A stretch of 64,000 bases of DNA from Candidatus Omnitrophota bacterium (GTDB lineage: Bacteria > Omnitrophota > Gorgyraeia > JABMRN01 > RBG-13-46-9), in assembly GCA_016782495.1 (NCBI GenBank), contig JADHYL010000001.1, positions 34,360 through 98,359 on the forward strand. Reading direction: 5' to 3'. The position numbers and the translations under genes are program-made. The notes below the pieces were generated by a model. That model did no database searches. It had not been told where the DNA came from and saw only the letters and a list, made by a program, of their open reading frames with translations. Position 1 is the stretch's first letter; each line of letters begins with the position of its first letter. Positions 56,596-64,000 of the stretch are shown one piece after another.

Positions 56596-57684
56596 TTACA
56601 TTGCCTTCAACGTCGCCAATCCCAGAAAGACGAGTATAACGGCCGCTATCCAGAAACGTATCGTAATTTTACTCTCCGGCCAGCCCAAAAGTTGAAAATG
56701 GTGATGGAGCGGCGCCATCAAAAAGACCCTTCTTTTAAAAAGTTTAAATGACATAACCTGCATTATTACGCTTATGACTTCTGCAACAAATATCCCGCCG
56801 ATTATGAGCAAAAGAATCTCCTTCTTTATTAAAACGCTTACCACGCCGATCGCGCCTCCCAAAGGAAGCGATCCCGTATCGCCCATAAAAACCGTCGCGG
56901 GGTAAGAATTGAACCACAGAAATCCCAAGCAGCTACCTGCTATAACTGCGCAGAATACCGCAAGCTCACTGCTTCCCGGCAGGTAGTAGATGTTGAGGTA
57001 ACCGCTGAATTTTATATGCCCTGCAAGATAGCTTATTGCGCTATAGCTAAGCGCTATAAAACCTACGCAACCGATAGCAAGGCCGTCCAGGCCGTCGGTC
57101 AAATTTACGGCATTGCTCGTCCCGACAATAACAAGCGTAACAAACAAAATGTAAAATATCCCTAAGTTTACGAGCGCGTGCTTGAAAAACGGCACGTAAA
57201 GCGCGGTGGATATCTCGGGATCGAAATAGAGATACAGCGCAATTCCTGCGCCCAGAAGAAGTTGCCCTATGAATTTGGTTGTAGCGCTAAGCCCGCGCGA
57301 CCTTACCTTGATCAGCTTTATGTAATCATCGACAAAGCCGACTATGCCGAGCCAGAGGACGCTTATGAGACCAATAACAATAAAGCGATTATCGAGCCTG
57401 GCCCAGAGAAGCGTGGAAAATAGTATGGAGAGTATAATTATTATGCCCCCCATTGTCGGCGTGCCTTCCTTGTGCTTGTGGAGCTCGTAAAGATTTTCAA
57501 CGTATTCTTTCCTGGGCGAGTCACCTATTCTTAAATGTGAGAGCTTCCTTATTATAATCGGTCCTATTATGACGCTGAATAAAAATGCGGTTATACTGCC
57601 CATTGCGGCGCGAAAAGTAATATATTTGAATATATTAAATCCAAACCACAGATCCTTTAAGGGATACAATAAATGGTATAGCAT
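56596..57684 (-). CDS. mraY: Phospho-N-acetylmuramoyl-pentapeptide transferase.
   Basis: 362 aa, polytopic. MraY motifs (NAVNLTDGLDGLA, HHHFQL). Confidence 0.92.
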   Translation of the reverse strand: MLYHLLYPLKDLWFGFNIFKYITFRAAMGSITAFLFSVIIGPIIIRKLSHLRIGDSPRKEYVENLYELHKHKEGTPTMGGIIIILSILFSTLLWARLDNRFIVIGLISVLWLGIVGFVDDYIKLIKVRSRGLSATTKFIGQLLLGAGIALYLYFDPEISTALYVPFFKHALVNLGIFYILFVTLVIVGTSNAVNLTDGLDGLAIGCVGFIALSYSAISYLAGHIKFSGYLNIYYLPGSSELAVFCAVIAGSCLGFLWFNSYPATVFMGDTGSLPLGGAIGVVSVLIKKEILLLIIGGIFVAEVISVIMQVMSFKLFKRRVFLMAPLHHHFQLLGWPESKITIRFWIAAVILVFLGLATLKAM

Positions 57685-57692
57685 GCGACTCC

Positions 57693-59015
57693 TTATTCAC
57701 TTCTTTTTTTAAAATACTCTATTACCTTTTCCATTTCTGTTCTACGTGAACCCTTTACCAAAACCACATCACCGGGTTTTGCGATTTTCTTTAGAAAACC
57801 GGCGGCATCCCTGTGGGACCGGGCATGATAAAGACCTGCCATGCCCTTAAGACGCGCGCCTTTATTTATAAATTTTGAGAGCCCTCCCATCGTTATAAGA
57901 ATATCTACAGGTCCGGAGGCTATTGTTTTGCCGATGGCCTCGTGCATGGCTTTCGCTTTTTTGCCGAGTTCCAACATGTCGCCGCTCACAACAATCCTCT
58001 TTCCGTCCGCATTGTACTCCAGAAGCGCATCTATGGCGCACTCCATGGATAATGGGTTAGAATTATAACTGTCGTCTAATATCTCTATGCCGCGGACATG
58101 CTTGAATTCAAGTCTCATGGGAGAGATGTGCCTGTATGAACTTATTCTACGCTCAATCGTAGGGAAATCGATATTGAAGTGCCTTGCGACGGCGATAGCG
58201 ATAAGCGCATTGTAGACATTGTGCCTTCCAAGAATCGGAAGCTGAAAAGAATGTTTTTCGGCAATGCGAAAAGACCACTTATTTCCCGAATACACCAGAT
58301 CCTTTGCCTGAAAACGGCACGGTTTTTCTATGCCGAAATAAATCTTTTTGCATTTAAGGCCTTTGATATTCGCGAGGTAAATATCGTCGCTATTCAATAT
58401 GGCCGTACCCTCTTTTGAAAGGTGCCCCAGAAGTTCCGATTTAGCCGTAAAAACCTTTTTCAATGTGCCTAAGAATTTGAGATGCGACGGGCCGATATTC
58501 GTCACAACGCCTATCTCGGGGCTTGCGATTTCGCTTAGCCGGTCGATCTCGCCGAGATGACTCATTCCCATCTCTAAGACCACCACATCGTGTTTTTTTT
58601 GAAGTTTGAATAAGGTCAGCGGAAGTCCTATGAGATTATTTTTTGAAGTTTCGTTTTTCAATACATTATACCGCGCTGACAAGACATGCCCGATCATGTC
58701 TTTTACCGTTGTCTTCCCGTTTGTACCGGTGACGGCGATAACGGGTATCTTGAATTTTAAACGGTGCGCCTTTGCGACCCCACCCAATGCCTTAATAGTG
58801 TTATTTACTTTGATGAGCCGCTTTTTAAAAGAGGCTAGATTCTTCGGTATTTTTGAAACAACCGCTGCTCGGACGCCTTTTTTAAACGCTGTTTTTACAA
58901 AGTCATGGCCGTCGAATTTCTTGCCCTTAATCGCGAAAAAGACATCGCCTTTTTTTACCGTGCGTGTGTCGATTGAGATTAAATCCGGCTTTCCCGTAAT
59001 TTCTTCGATACGCAT
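57693..59015 (-). CDS. murF: UDP-MurNAc-tripeptide--D-alanyl-D-alanine ligase.
   Basis: IAVTGTNGKTTVKDM and a Mur ligase C-terminal domain. 440 aa. Confidence 0.88.
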   Translation of the reverse strand: MRIEEITGKPDLISIDTRTVKKGDVFFAIKGKKFDGHDFVKTAFKKGVRAAVVSKIPKNLASFKKRLIKVNNTIKALGGVAKAHRLKFKIPVIAVTGTNGKTTVKDMIGHVLSARYNVLKNETSKNNLIGLPLTLFKLQKKHDVVVLEMGMSHLGEIDRLSEIASPEIGVVTNIGPSHLKFLGTLKKVFTAKSELLGHLSKEGTAILNSDDIYLANIKGLKCKKIYFGIEKPCRFQAKDLVYSGNKWSFRIAEKHSFQLPILGRHNVYNALIAIAVARHFNIDFPTIERRISSYRHISPMRLEFKHVRGIEILDDSYNSNPLSMECAIDALLEYNADGKRIVVSGDMLELGKKAKAMHEAIGKTIASGPVDILITMGGLSKFINKGARLKGMAGLYHARSHRDAAGFLKKIAKPGDVVLVKGSRRTEMEKVIEYFKKRSE

Positions 59016-59018
59016 ACA

Positions 59019-60506
59019 TTAACCCCTTAACGAGGGCATCGGTCGCTCTGTGGTTTTCAGGATACCCTCTGCGATCTTTTTGTCGTCGAAGGATATCCTT
59101 CTATCAGCCAAGACCTGTTCTGTCTCGTGTCCCTTGCCTGCTATTAACACTATATCATTTTTTTTCGCTTTTTTTAAGGCCTTTTCTATAGCCTTTTTCC
59201 TGTCAAGCGCTACTATATAGTTACCGGAGGATCTCTCCATGCCCCCTTCCACATCGCGAATAATTCTTTTTGGATCTTCGTTACGCGGGTTATCATTCGT
59301 CAGAATAACAAAATCGGAAAGTTTCTGCGCAACCTGCCCCATCAAAGGCCTTTTTGTCCTATCCCTATCGCCGCCGCAGCCAAAAACCGTTATGATATTT
59401 CTTCTTTTGATGTGATTTAAGAACTTGAGGACATTTTCTAAGGCATCGTGGGTGTGCGCATAATCGATGAATATCCTGAAGTCCTGCCCCTTCTCCACCG
59501 CTTCCAGTCTACCCCTTATGCTATTTACAGTTTCGATGCCACGCTTTATTGCGTGCTTGTCGATTCCCTGTGAGATGCCTACTGCTATTGCCGCAAGGAT
59601 ATTGGAAACGTTATGCAATCCCACTAACTTTGTATTAATACAAAATGCGTACTTTTTTTGTATTTTTACATCAAAAGAAGAACCCCCGGGTTCAGTGCTT
59701 TTAACGCGCGCGGCGATGTCGGCGTCTTTGTCGAGACCGTATGTGATTCTTTCGCATTTTACAATTTCCCTTATCCGCTTTGCGTTATTGTCGTCATTGT
59801 TGATTATTGCGATCCCCCGCGCTTTAATCCTTGAGAAAATCTTTGCCTTACTTTTAAAATACGTCTCGAGATTTCCGTGGTAATCAAGGTGCTCCCGCGT
59901 AAGATTGGTAAAGAGGGCTACGTCGAAAAATATATCGTCAACGCGCTTCTGGTCAAGGGCATGGCTTGAGACCTCCATGACAGCAGCTTTCAATCCGCTC
60001 TTCAGCATCTTATCGAGTAAAGCATTCAAGCTAAGCGCATCGGGAGTAGTGCGTTCGGCCGCAATACGGCGGTTTCCGGTTTTATATTCGATTGTGCCGA
60101 TAACCCCGCAAGGCATGCCTGATTTATTAAATATGCTCTCCACCAATAGTGCGGAGGTGGTTTTTCCGTTCGTTCCTGTTATACCGATGACTTTAAGTTT
60201 TTCTGCTGGTGAATGGTAAAAATTTTTCGCGGCTACCGAAAGTGCTTTTCTCGTATCTCTGACCGTAACGATTTTTCCTCTTTTAAAAGATTTTATCTTG
60301 CTCTCGTTGACAACGCAGGCTCGCGCCCCTTTTTTTAAAGCCTCATTTACAAATTCATGCCCGTCAACCCTGGTGCCCTCTATGGCCACAAAAAGGTCAC
60401 CTCTCTTTAAAACTTTTGAGTTCGCCGTAACGGACTTTATATCCGTTTTCAGCAAAGCCGGATCTGCGGTAACACTCATTCCCTCAAAAATATCCTTAAG
60501 TCGCAT
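59019..60506 (-). CDS. murE: UDP-MurNAc-L-Ala-D-Glu--2,6-diaminopimelate ligase.
   Basis: IGITGTNGKTTSALL plus a DNPRNE-type motif (NDNPRNEDP). 495 aa. Confidence 0.88.
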   Translation of the reverse strand: MRLKDIFEGMSVTADPALLKTDIKSVTANSKVLKRGDLFVAIEGTRVDGHEFVNEALKKGARACVVNESKIKSFKRGKIVTVRDTRKALSVAAKNFYHSPAEKLKVIGITGTNGKTTSALLVESIFNKSGMPCGVIGTIEYKTGNRRIAAERTTPDALSLNALLDKMLKSGLKAAVMEVSSHALDQKRVDDIFFDVALFTNLTREHLDYHGNLETYFKSKAKIFSRIKARGIAIINNDDNNAKRIREIVKCERITYGLDKDADIAARVKSTEPGGSSFDVKIQKKYAFCINTKLVGLHNVSNILAAIAVGISQGIDKHAIKRGIETVNSIRGRLEAVEKGQDFRIFIDYAHTHDALENVLKFLNHIKRRNIITVFGCGGDRDRTKRPLMGQVAQKLSDFVILTNDNPRNEDPKRIIRDVEGGMERSSGNYIVALDRKKAIEKALKKAKKNDIVLIAGKGHETEQVLADRRISFDDKKIAEGILKTTERPMPSLRG

Positions 60507-62187
60507 CTCTTGGGCTTTCGACCTCCGCGTACGCCAGGATTTTTTCCATTATATTTTTAAAAGCAGGGGCTCCTACCTGGCCGCCGAAGTACTTTCCGCG
60601 CGGTTCATCCACGCATACAACCAATGACACTGTAGGTTTATCATATGGCGCAAATCCTATAAATGACGCAATATACCTGTTTTTGTAATAACCGCCTCGT
60701 GGGTTTACCTTTTGCGCTGTACCGGTTTTGCCGCACGCCTTAAAGTTATCGAGACTGGCTCTTTTACCGGTTCCGCGCTCAATAACTCCCAGGAGCAACT
60801 CCTTGACTTGCGTAGCCGCCTCTTTTGAAATTACACTCCTTAGCGCCTTTGGTTTATTCTCCCTTACTAAAGCCCCTTCTTCGTTAAAGTGTTTTTTTAC
60901 GATATACGGCCGCATGAGAACGCCCTCGTTTGCTATGGCGGAAATGCAGGCGGCAAGTTGCAAGGCTGTAACAGCGATACCCTGCCCCATCGGTATCGTT
61001 GTCATGTCAACATAAGACCATGACGAGGAATCGCGCATTATGCCGGAGACTTCTCCGGGCAGATCGACACCTGTGGGGCTGCTGAAATTAAATCTCTTTA
61101 TATATGCCGAGAGCTTCTCTTTTCCTAACTTGGCGGCTACCTTTGTCGTACCAATGTTGCTTGATTTTTCTATGACCTGCCTGAAGGTTAACGTGCCGTA
61201 CGGCCTGTAATCATGCAATGTTCTCTTGCCGATTTTATAGGCACCGTTTTCACAAAAGAACTTGGTGTCAAAATTAACAATACCTTCATTCAGGGCAGCG
61301 CTTGCCGTAACGACCTTAAAAATGCTTCCCGGTTCAAATGAATCCGCTATGGCCCTGTTTCTCATAGAATCCACGCTGGCACTGGAGATATCGTTCAGGT
61401 CAAACCATGGATAATTGGCAAGCCCTAAAATCTCGCCTGTTCTCGGATTTAGCGCCGCTATGGAAACGGCTTTTGGTTTATATGCTTTTATGAGGCGCTC
61501 GATTTCGGTTTCAAGAATGTGCTGTATAACTTCGTCTATTGTGAGTACGAGGCTATTTCCGTCCCGGGCAGGCAAAGTGTCCGTTTCAAAGGAAATGAGT
61601 TCTCTTTTTTTCGCGTCGCGCGCAGAACGCCGCCAACCGTATTCGCCCTTGAGTTCATTGTCATAATAAAGTTCAATGCCCTCAATACCCACGTTGTCAA
61701 TATTTGTTATGCCCAGGACATGACAGGCAAGCTTTCCTCCCGGATAAAACCGCTTGGGTTCCGTAATTAGATAGACACCTTTTATTTTTAAGTTTTTTAC
61801 CCGCTCGGCTGTAGCGGTACTGACCTTTCGCTTTACCCACGCGAAGTAGTTATCTCTGGCAAGCCTTGCCGAAAGTTTTTCTTGGTCGGTGCCTAGCTCT
61901 TCCGCCAGAATTCGTGCCGCGTGCTCTTTATCACTTATTTCGTTCGGCACGACGTAAATCGAGGACGTGTCTAAATATATCGCCAATACCCGATTCAGCC
62001 TGTCGTATATCTTGCCCCGTCGGGGTTCGAGCTTGACGAAAATCTTGTGCTGCTTGGCCGCGAGGTCTGATAAATGTGTATGTCGTATAATTTGGATATA
62101 TAAAAGGCGGGCAAAAAGAACTGCAAATAAAGATACAATAATTACAAAGACAGCATGATGGCGAGTTTTTCTAAAATTAATATGCAC
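60496..62187 (-). CDS. ftsI: Divisome transpeptidase PBP3.
   Basis: Transmembrane anchor and PBP dimer domain, with SxxK (SIFK), SSN and KTGT motifs. 563 aa. Confidence 0.88.
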   Translation of the reverse strand: MHINFRKTRHHAVFVIIVSLFAVLFARLLYIQIIRHTHLSDLAAKQHKIFVKLEPRRGKIYDRLNRVLAIYLDTSSIYVVPNEISDKEHAARILAEELGTDQEKLSARLARDNYFAWVKRKVSTATAERVKNLKIKGVYLITEPKRFYPGGKLACHVLGITNIDNVGIEGIELYYDNELKGEYGWRRSARDAKKRELISFETDTLPARDGNSLVLTIDEVIQHILETEIERLIKAYKPKAVSIAALNPRTGEILGLANYPWFDLNDISSASVDSMRNRAIADSFEPGSIFKVVTASAALNEGIVNFDTKFFCENGAYKIGKRTLHDYRPYGTLTFRQVIEKSSNIGTTKVAAKLGKEKLSAYIKRFNFSSPTGVDLPGEVSGIMRDSSSWSYVDMTTIPMGQGIAVTALQLAACISAIANEGVLMRPYIVKKHFNEEGALVRENKPKALRSVISKEAATQVKELLLGVIERGTGKRASLDNFKACGKTGTAQKVNPRGGYYKNRYIASFIGFAPYDKPTVSLVVCVDEPRGKYFGGQVGAPAFKNIMEKILAYAEVESPRDAT

Positions 62188-62214
62188 TTTTTTGAGGGGA
62201 TCAAGTTTTGTGGC

Positions 62215-62598
62215 TTATTCCACAACTTTTGCTTCTGCTTTTGCAGAAAAGCGGTCAAAAAATCTTACCAAAAAGAATTCTCTCTCGGCCGATTCTACAT
62301 TCTCGTTGCGGTATGCAAGGTCTACCCTGTCAAAGCGGCGTATGTTGTCGGCCTCGGGTACGCAAAGGGCTATTTTATTAACACAAAGCGTATCCTCAAT
62401 CCTTCTGGGTGACTCCAGTTGTGAAAGATTATATACCAAAGACCTGTATTGGTCAAGCAGGAAGGAAACCTCGTGGCGGTGTTTATTGATGTTGAAACCC
62501 GTTTTAACGATCTCTATTTCTTGATGAACGTAGCCAAGCGCGAATATCGCGCATAACAATATACTTGAAATAATTTTAAAAAATCTTATTTTTGCCAT
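62215..62598 (-). CDS. ftsL: FtsL-like septum formation protein.
   Basis: 127 aa with a single N-terminal transmembrane helix and a coiled-coil. Position between rsmH and ftsI. Confidence 0.6.
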   Translation of the reverse strand: MAKIRFFKIISSILLCAIFALGYVHQEIEIVKTGFNINKHRHEVSFLLDQYRSLVYNLSQLESPRRIEDTLCVNKIALCVPEADNIRRFDRVDLAYRNENVESAEREFFLVRFFDRFSAKAEAKVVE

Positions 62599-62601
62599 TT
62601 T

Positions 62602-63501
62602 TTAATTGGTTTTTTCAAAAACCCTTAATTTAGCGCTGCGTGAGCGGGGATTTCCACTTCTTTCCCCATCTCGGGGGAGGAGTGGTTTTTTCGTAATTAT
62701 GTCACCCTGCCCTTCTTTTTTAAACTCTCTGAATCGCCTCTTTACGATCCGATCCTCAAGTGAATGAAAAGAAATAACGCAAAGCCTCGCGCCCGGTCTT
62801 AAAAAATTTAAAATTTTGCCCAGGGCGTTTTCGATATTATCCAACTCGTTGTTAACGGCGATCCTGAGCGCCTGAAATACCCGCGTTGCCGGATGTATTT
62901 TTTGGGATTTATATCTTCCGCCGACCGCCGCCTTTATAACACCGGATAGTTCCAGTGTGGAAGTTATCGCTCCCTTACTCCTTCTCTCGATGATAAAGCT
63001 TGTGATTCTTTTAAAGAACCTTTCTTCGCCGAAGTCGCGGATGATATTCTCTAACTCCTGCCGCCTGCATTTGTTAACAATGTCGTAAGCGCGTAAGCCT
63101 GATGAGAGATCCATTCGCATGTCAAGAAAACTGTCTTTCGCGAAACTGAATCCACGACTATCATCGCCTATCTGGAAACTCGAAAACCCCAAGTCAAAGA
63201 GCGCCGCATCGATTTTATCTATATCCAGCTTTACTAAAACCGTATCTATATCGCGAAAATTAGCATGCACTAATCGGCAGTTTTTTTTAAACTCGGCGAG
63301 TTGTCTTTCGGCAATCTCGAGCGCCTTCTCATCGCGGTCAATACCTATTAAAATCCCGTTTGGTTTGATCTTTTCTAAAATGAAATTTGCGTGTCCGCCG
63401 CAGCCTACCGTTGCGTCCAAAACCCTATAGCCTTTTTTTAATCGCAAGAACCCGATTGTCTCATCAACCATCACCGGCTTATGAAGCTCTGGGATCGTCA
63501 T
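62602..63501 (-). CDS. rsmH: 16S rRNA m4C1402 methyltransferase RsmH (MraW).
   Basis: HKPVMVDETIGFL...VLDATVGCGGHA...DLGFSSFQ. Confidence 0.92.
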   Translation of the reverse strand: MTIPELHKPVMVDETIGFLRLKKGYRVLDATVGCGGHANFILEKIKPNGILIGIDRDEKALEIAERQLAEFKKNCRLVHANFRDIDTVLVKLDIDKIDAALFDLGFSSFQIGDDSRGFSFAKDSFLDMRMDLSSGLRAYDIVNKCRRQELENIIRDFGEERFFKRITSFIIERRSKGAITSTLELSGVIKAAVGGRYKSQKIHPATRVFQALRIAVNNELDNIENALGKILNFLRPGARLCVISFHSLEDRIVKRRFREFKKEGQGDIITKKPLLPRDGERSGNPRSRSAKLRVFEKTN

Positions 63502-63675
63502 CTTGGATAATTATTCTGGTTCTATGCTTAGGGCTACCTGGTTTTATCCGGCCGAGATTGAGCGCTCTTTCCTTGCGAACCCTTTCGATTATAAAAAGAT
63601 CGTCGCTAAGATATTTCCCTTCCCCTATCTGTTTCACAATACCAAATGTAAACATAATCACCACCCCTTTCTTGG

Positions 63676-64000
63676 TTATTCTAGATCGATTAACTTTTCC
63701 GCTATATCCTCAAACGACTCTTTTGACGTCCGGTAGAATTCCGCCCACTTGTCCTTGTTCCATATTTCGATCCGGTTTGCGACGCCTATTATCATTATGT
63801 CCTTTTTAATACCCGCGTAGCTTTTGAGATACGGGGGTACCAATATTCTTCCCTGCTTGTCGGGAACCGTCTCAACCGCTCCCGAGAAAAAGAGCCGGTT
63901 GAATTTTCTTGCCTGGCTTTTTGTGAACGAGAGGTTTTTGAACCTGGCTTCCTGCAGCTTCCATTCGTCTTCCGGAAACATAAAAAGACAGACATCCAAT
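63676..64000 (-). CDS. mraZ: Transcriptional regulator MraZ. C-terminal part only; the N-terminus lies beyond the right edge.
   Basis: ...DKQGRILVPPYLKSYAGIKKDIMIIGVANRIEIWNKDKW... is the second MraZ repeat. Confidence 0.85.
   Translation of the reverse strand, partial: LDVCLFMFPEDEWKLQEARFKNLSFTKSQARKFNRLFFSGAVETVPDKQGRILVPPYLKSYAGIKKDIMIIGVANRIEIWNKDKWAEFYRTSKESFEDIAEKLIDLE

Overview
Every gene I can support in this 64 kb window lies on the minus strand, and coding is dense. GC content is moderate to low. I cannot name the phylum from sequence alone, though the pilin sequences and the large membrane glycosyltransferases with TPR (tetratricopeptide) repeats resemble those seen in the Planctomycetes-Verrucomicrobia-Chlamydiae superphylum and in uncultured candidate-phylum lineages.

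Three blocks make up the window:

1. Positions 1-8,936 hold a housekeeping operon of the common rplU-rpmA-obg-proB-proA-nadD-rsfS-argS type, plus a compact Mfd homologue that runs off the left edge. All three features are recognisable by motif.

2. Positions 9,182-29,845 hold a large type IV pilus (T4P) locus, which is the most interesting part of the window.
- A pilM-pilN-pilO-pilP-pilQ operon runs straight on into rng (RNase G) and then three minor-pilin-like genes. These are PilV-like, a giant 715-aa protein with a prepilin leader, and PilX-like.
- Upstream sits a candidate glycosylation pair: a GT2 polyprenyl-phosphate glycosyltransferase and a GT-C family membrane transferase (PMT/ArnT/TMTC-like, carrying TPR repeats).
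- Next comes a 110-aa major pilin with a textbook intrinsic terminator.
- The final operon reads: degenerate GGDEF-GAF-HAMP protein, pilT, a standalone 151-aa MshEN (GspE N-terminal) domain protein, two tandem PilB/GspE ATPase paralogs, then pilC.

3. Positions 29,954-64,000 hold cell-wall and division genes in this order.
- mreB-mreC-mreD-mrdA-rodA.
- A second GT-C/TPR paralog fused into an operon with aroA.
- rluD-lgt-lspA-dksA-like-ileS.
- pfkB kinase-mtnP-yggU-yggT-proC-yggS.
- A near-complete dcw cluster: mraZ-rsmH-ftsL-ftsI-murE-murF-mraY-murD-ftsW-murG-murC-murB-ddl-ftsQ-ftsA. It ends at ftsA, with no ftsZ following.

Non-coding observations include several clean sigma70-like promoters with a TTGACA -35 box, a ~60-nt hairpin-containing repeat that overlaps the stop codons of both proC and ddl, a ~77-nt palindrome centred on TCGGGATCCCGA between ftsA and yggS, a nested repeat family in the ftsW-murG spacer, a triple stem-loop array that insulates the pilus operon from the rplU promoter, and a shared CCCCACACCAAT motif in two ribosome-related leaders.

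I found no rRNA, tRNA, CRISPR array or obvious transposase. All functional calls rest on reading the translated ORFs for family motifs. I ran no database searches.
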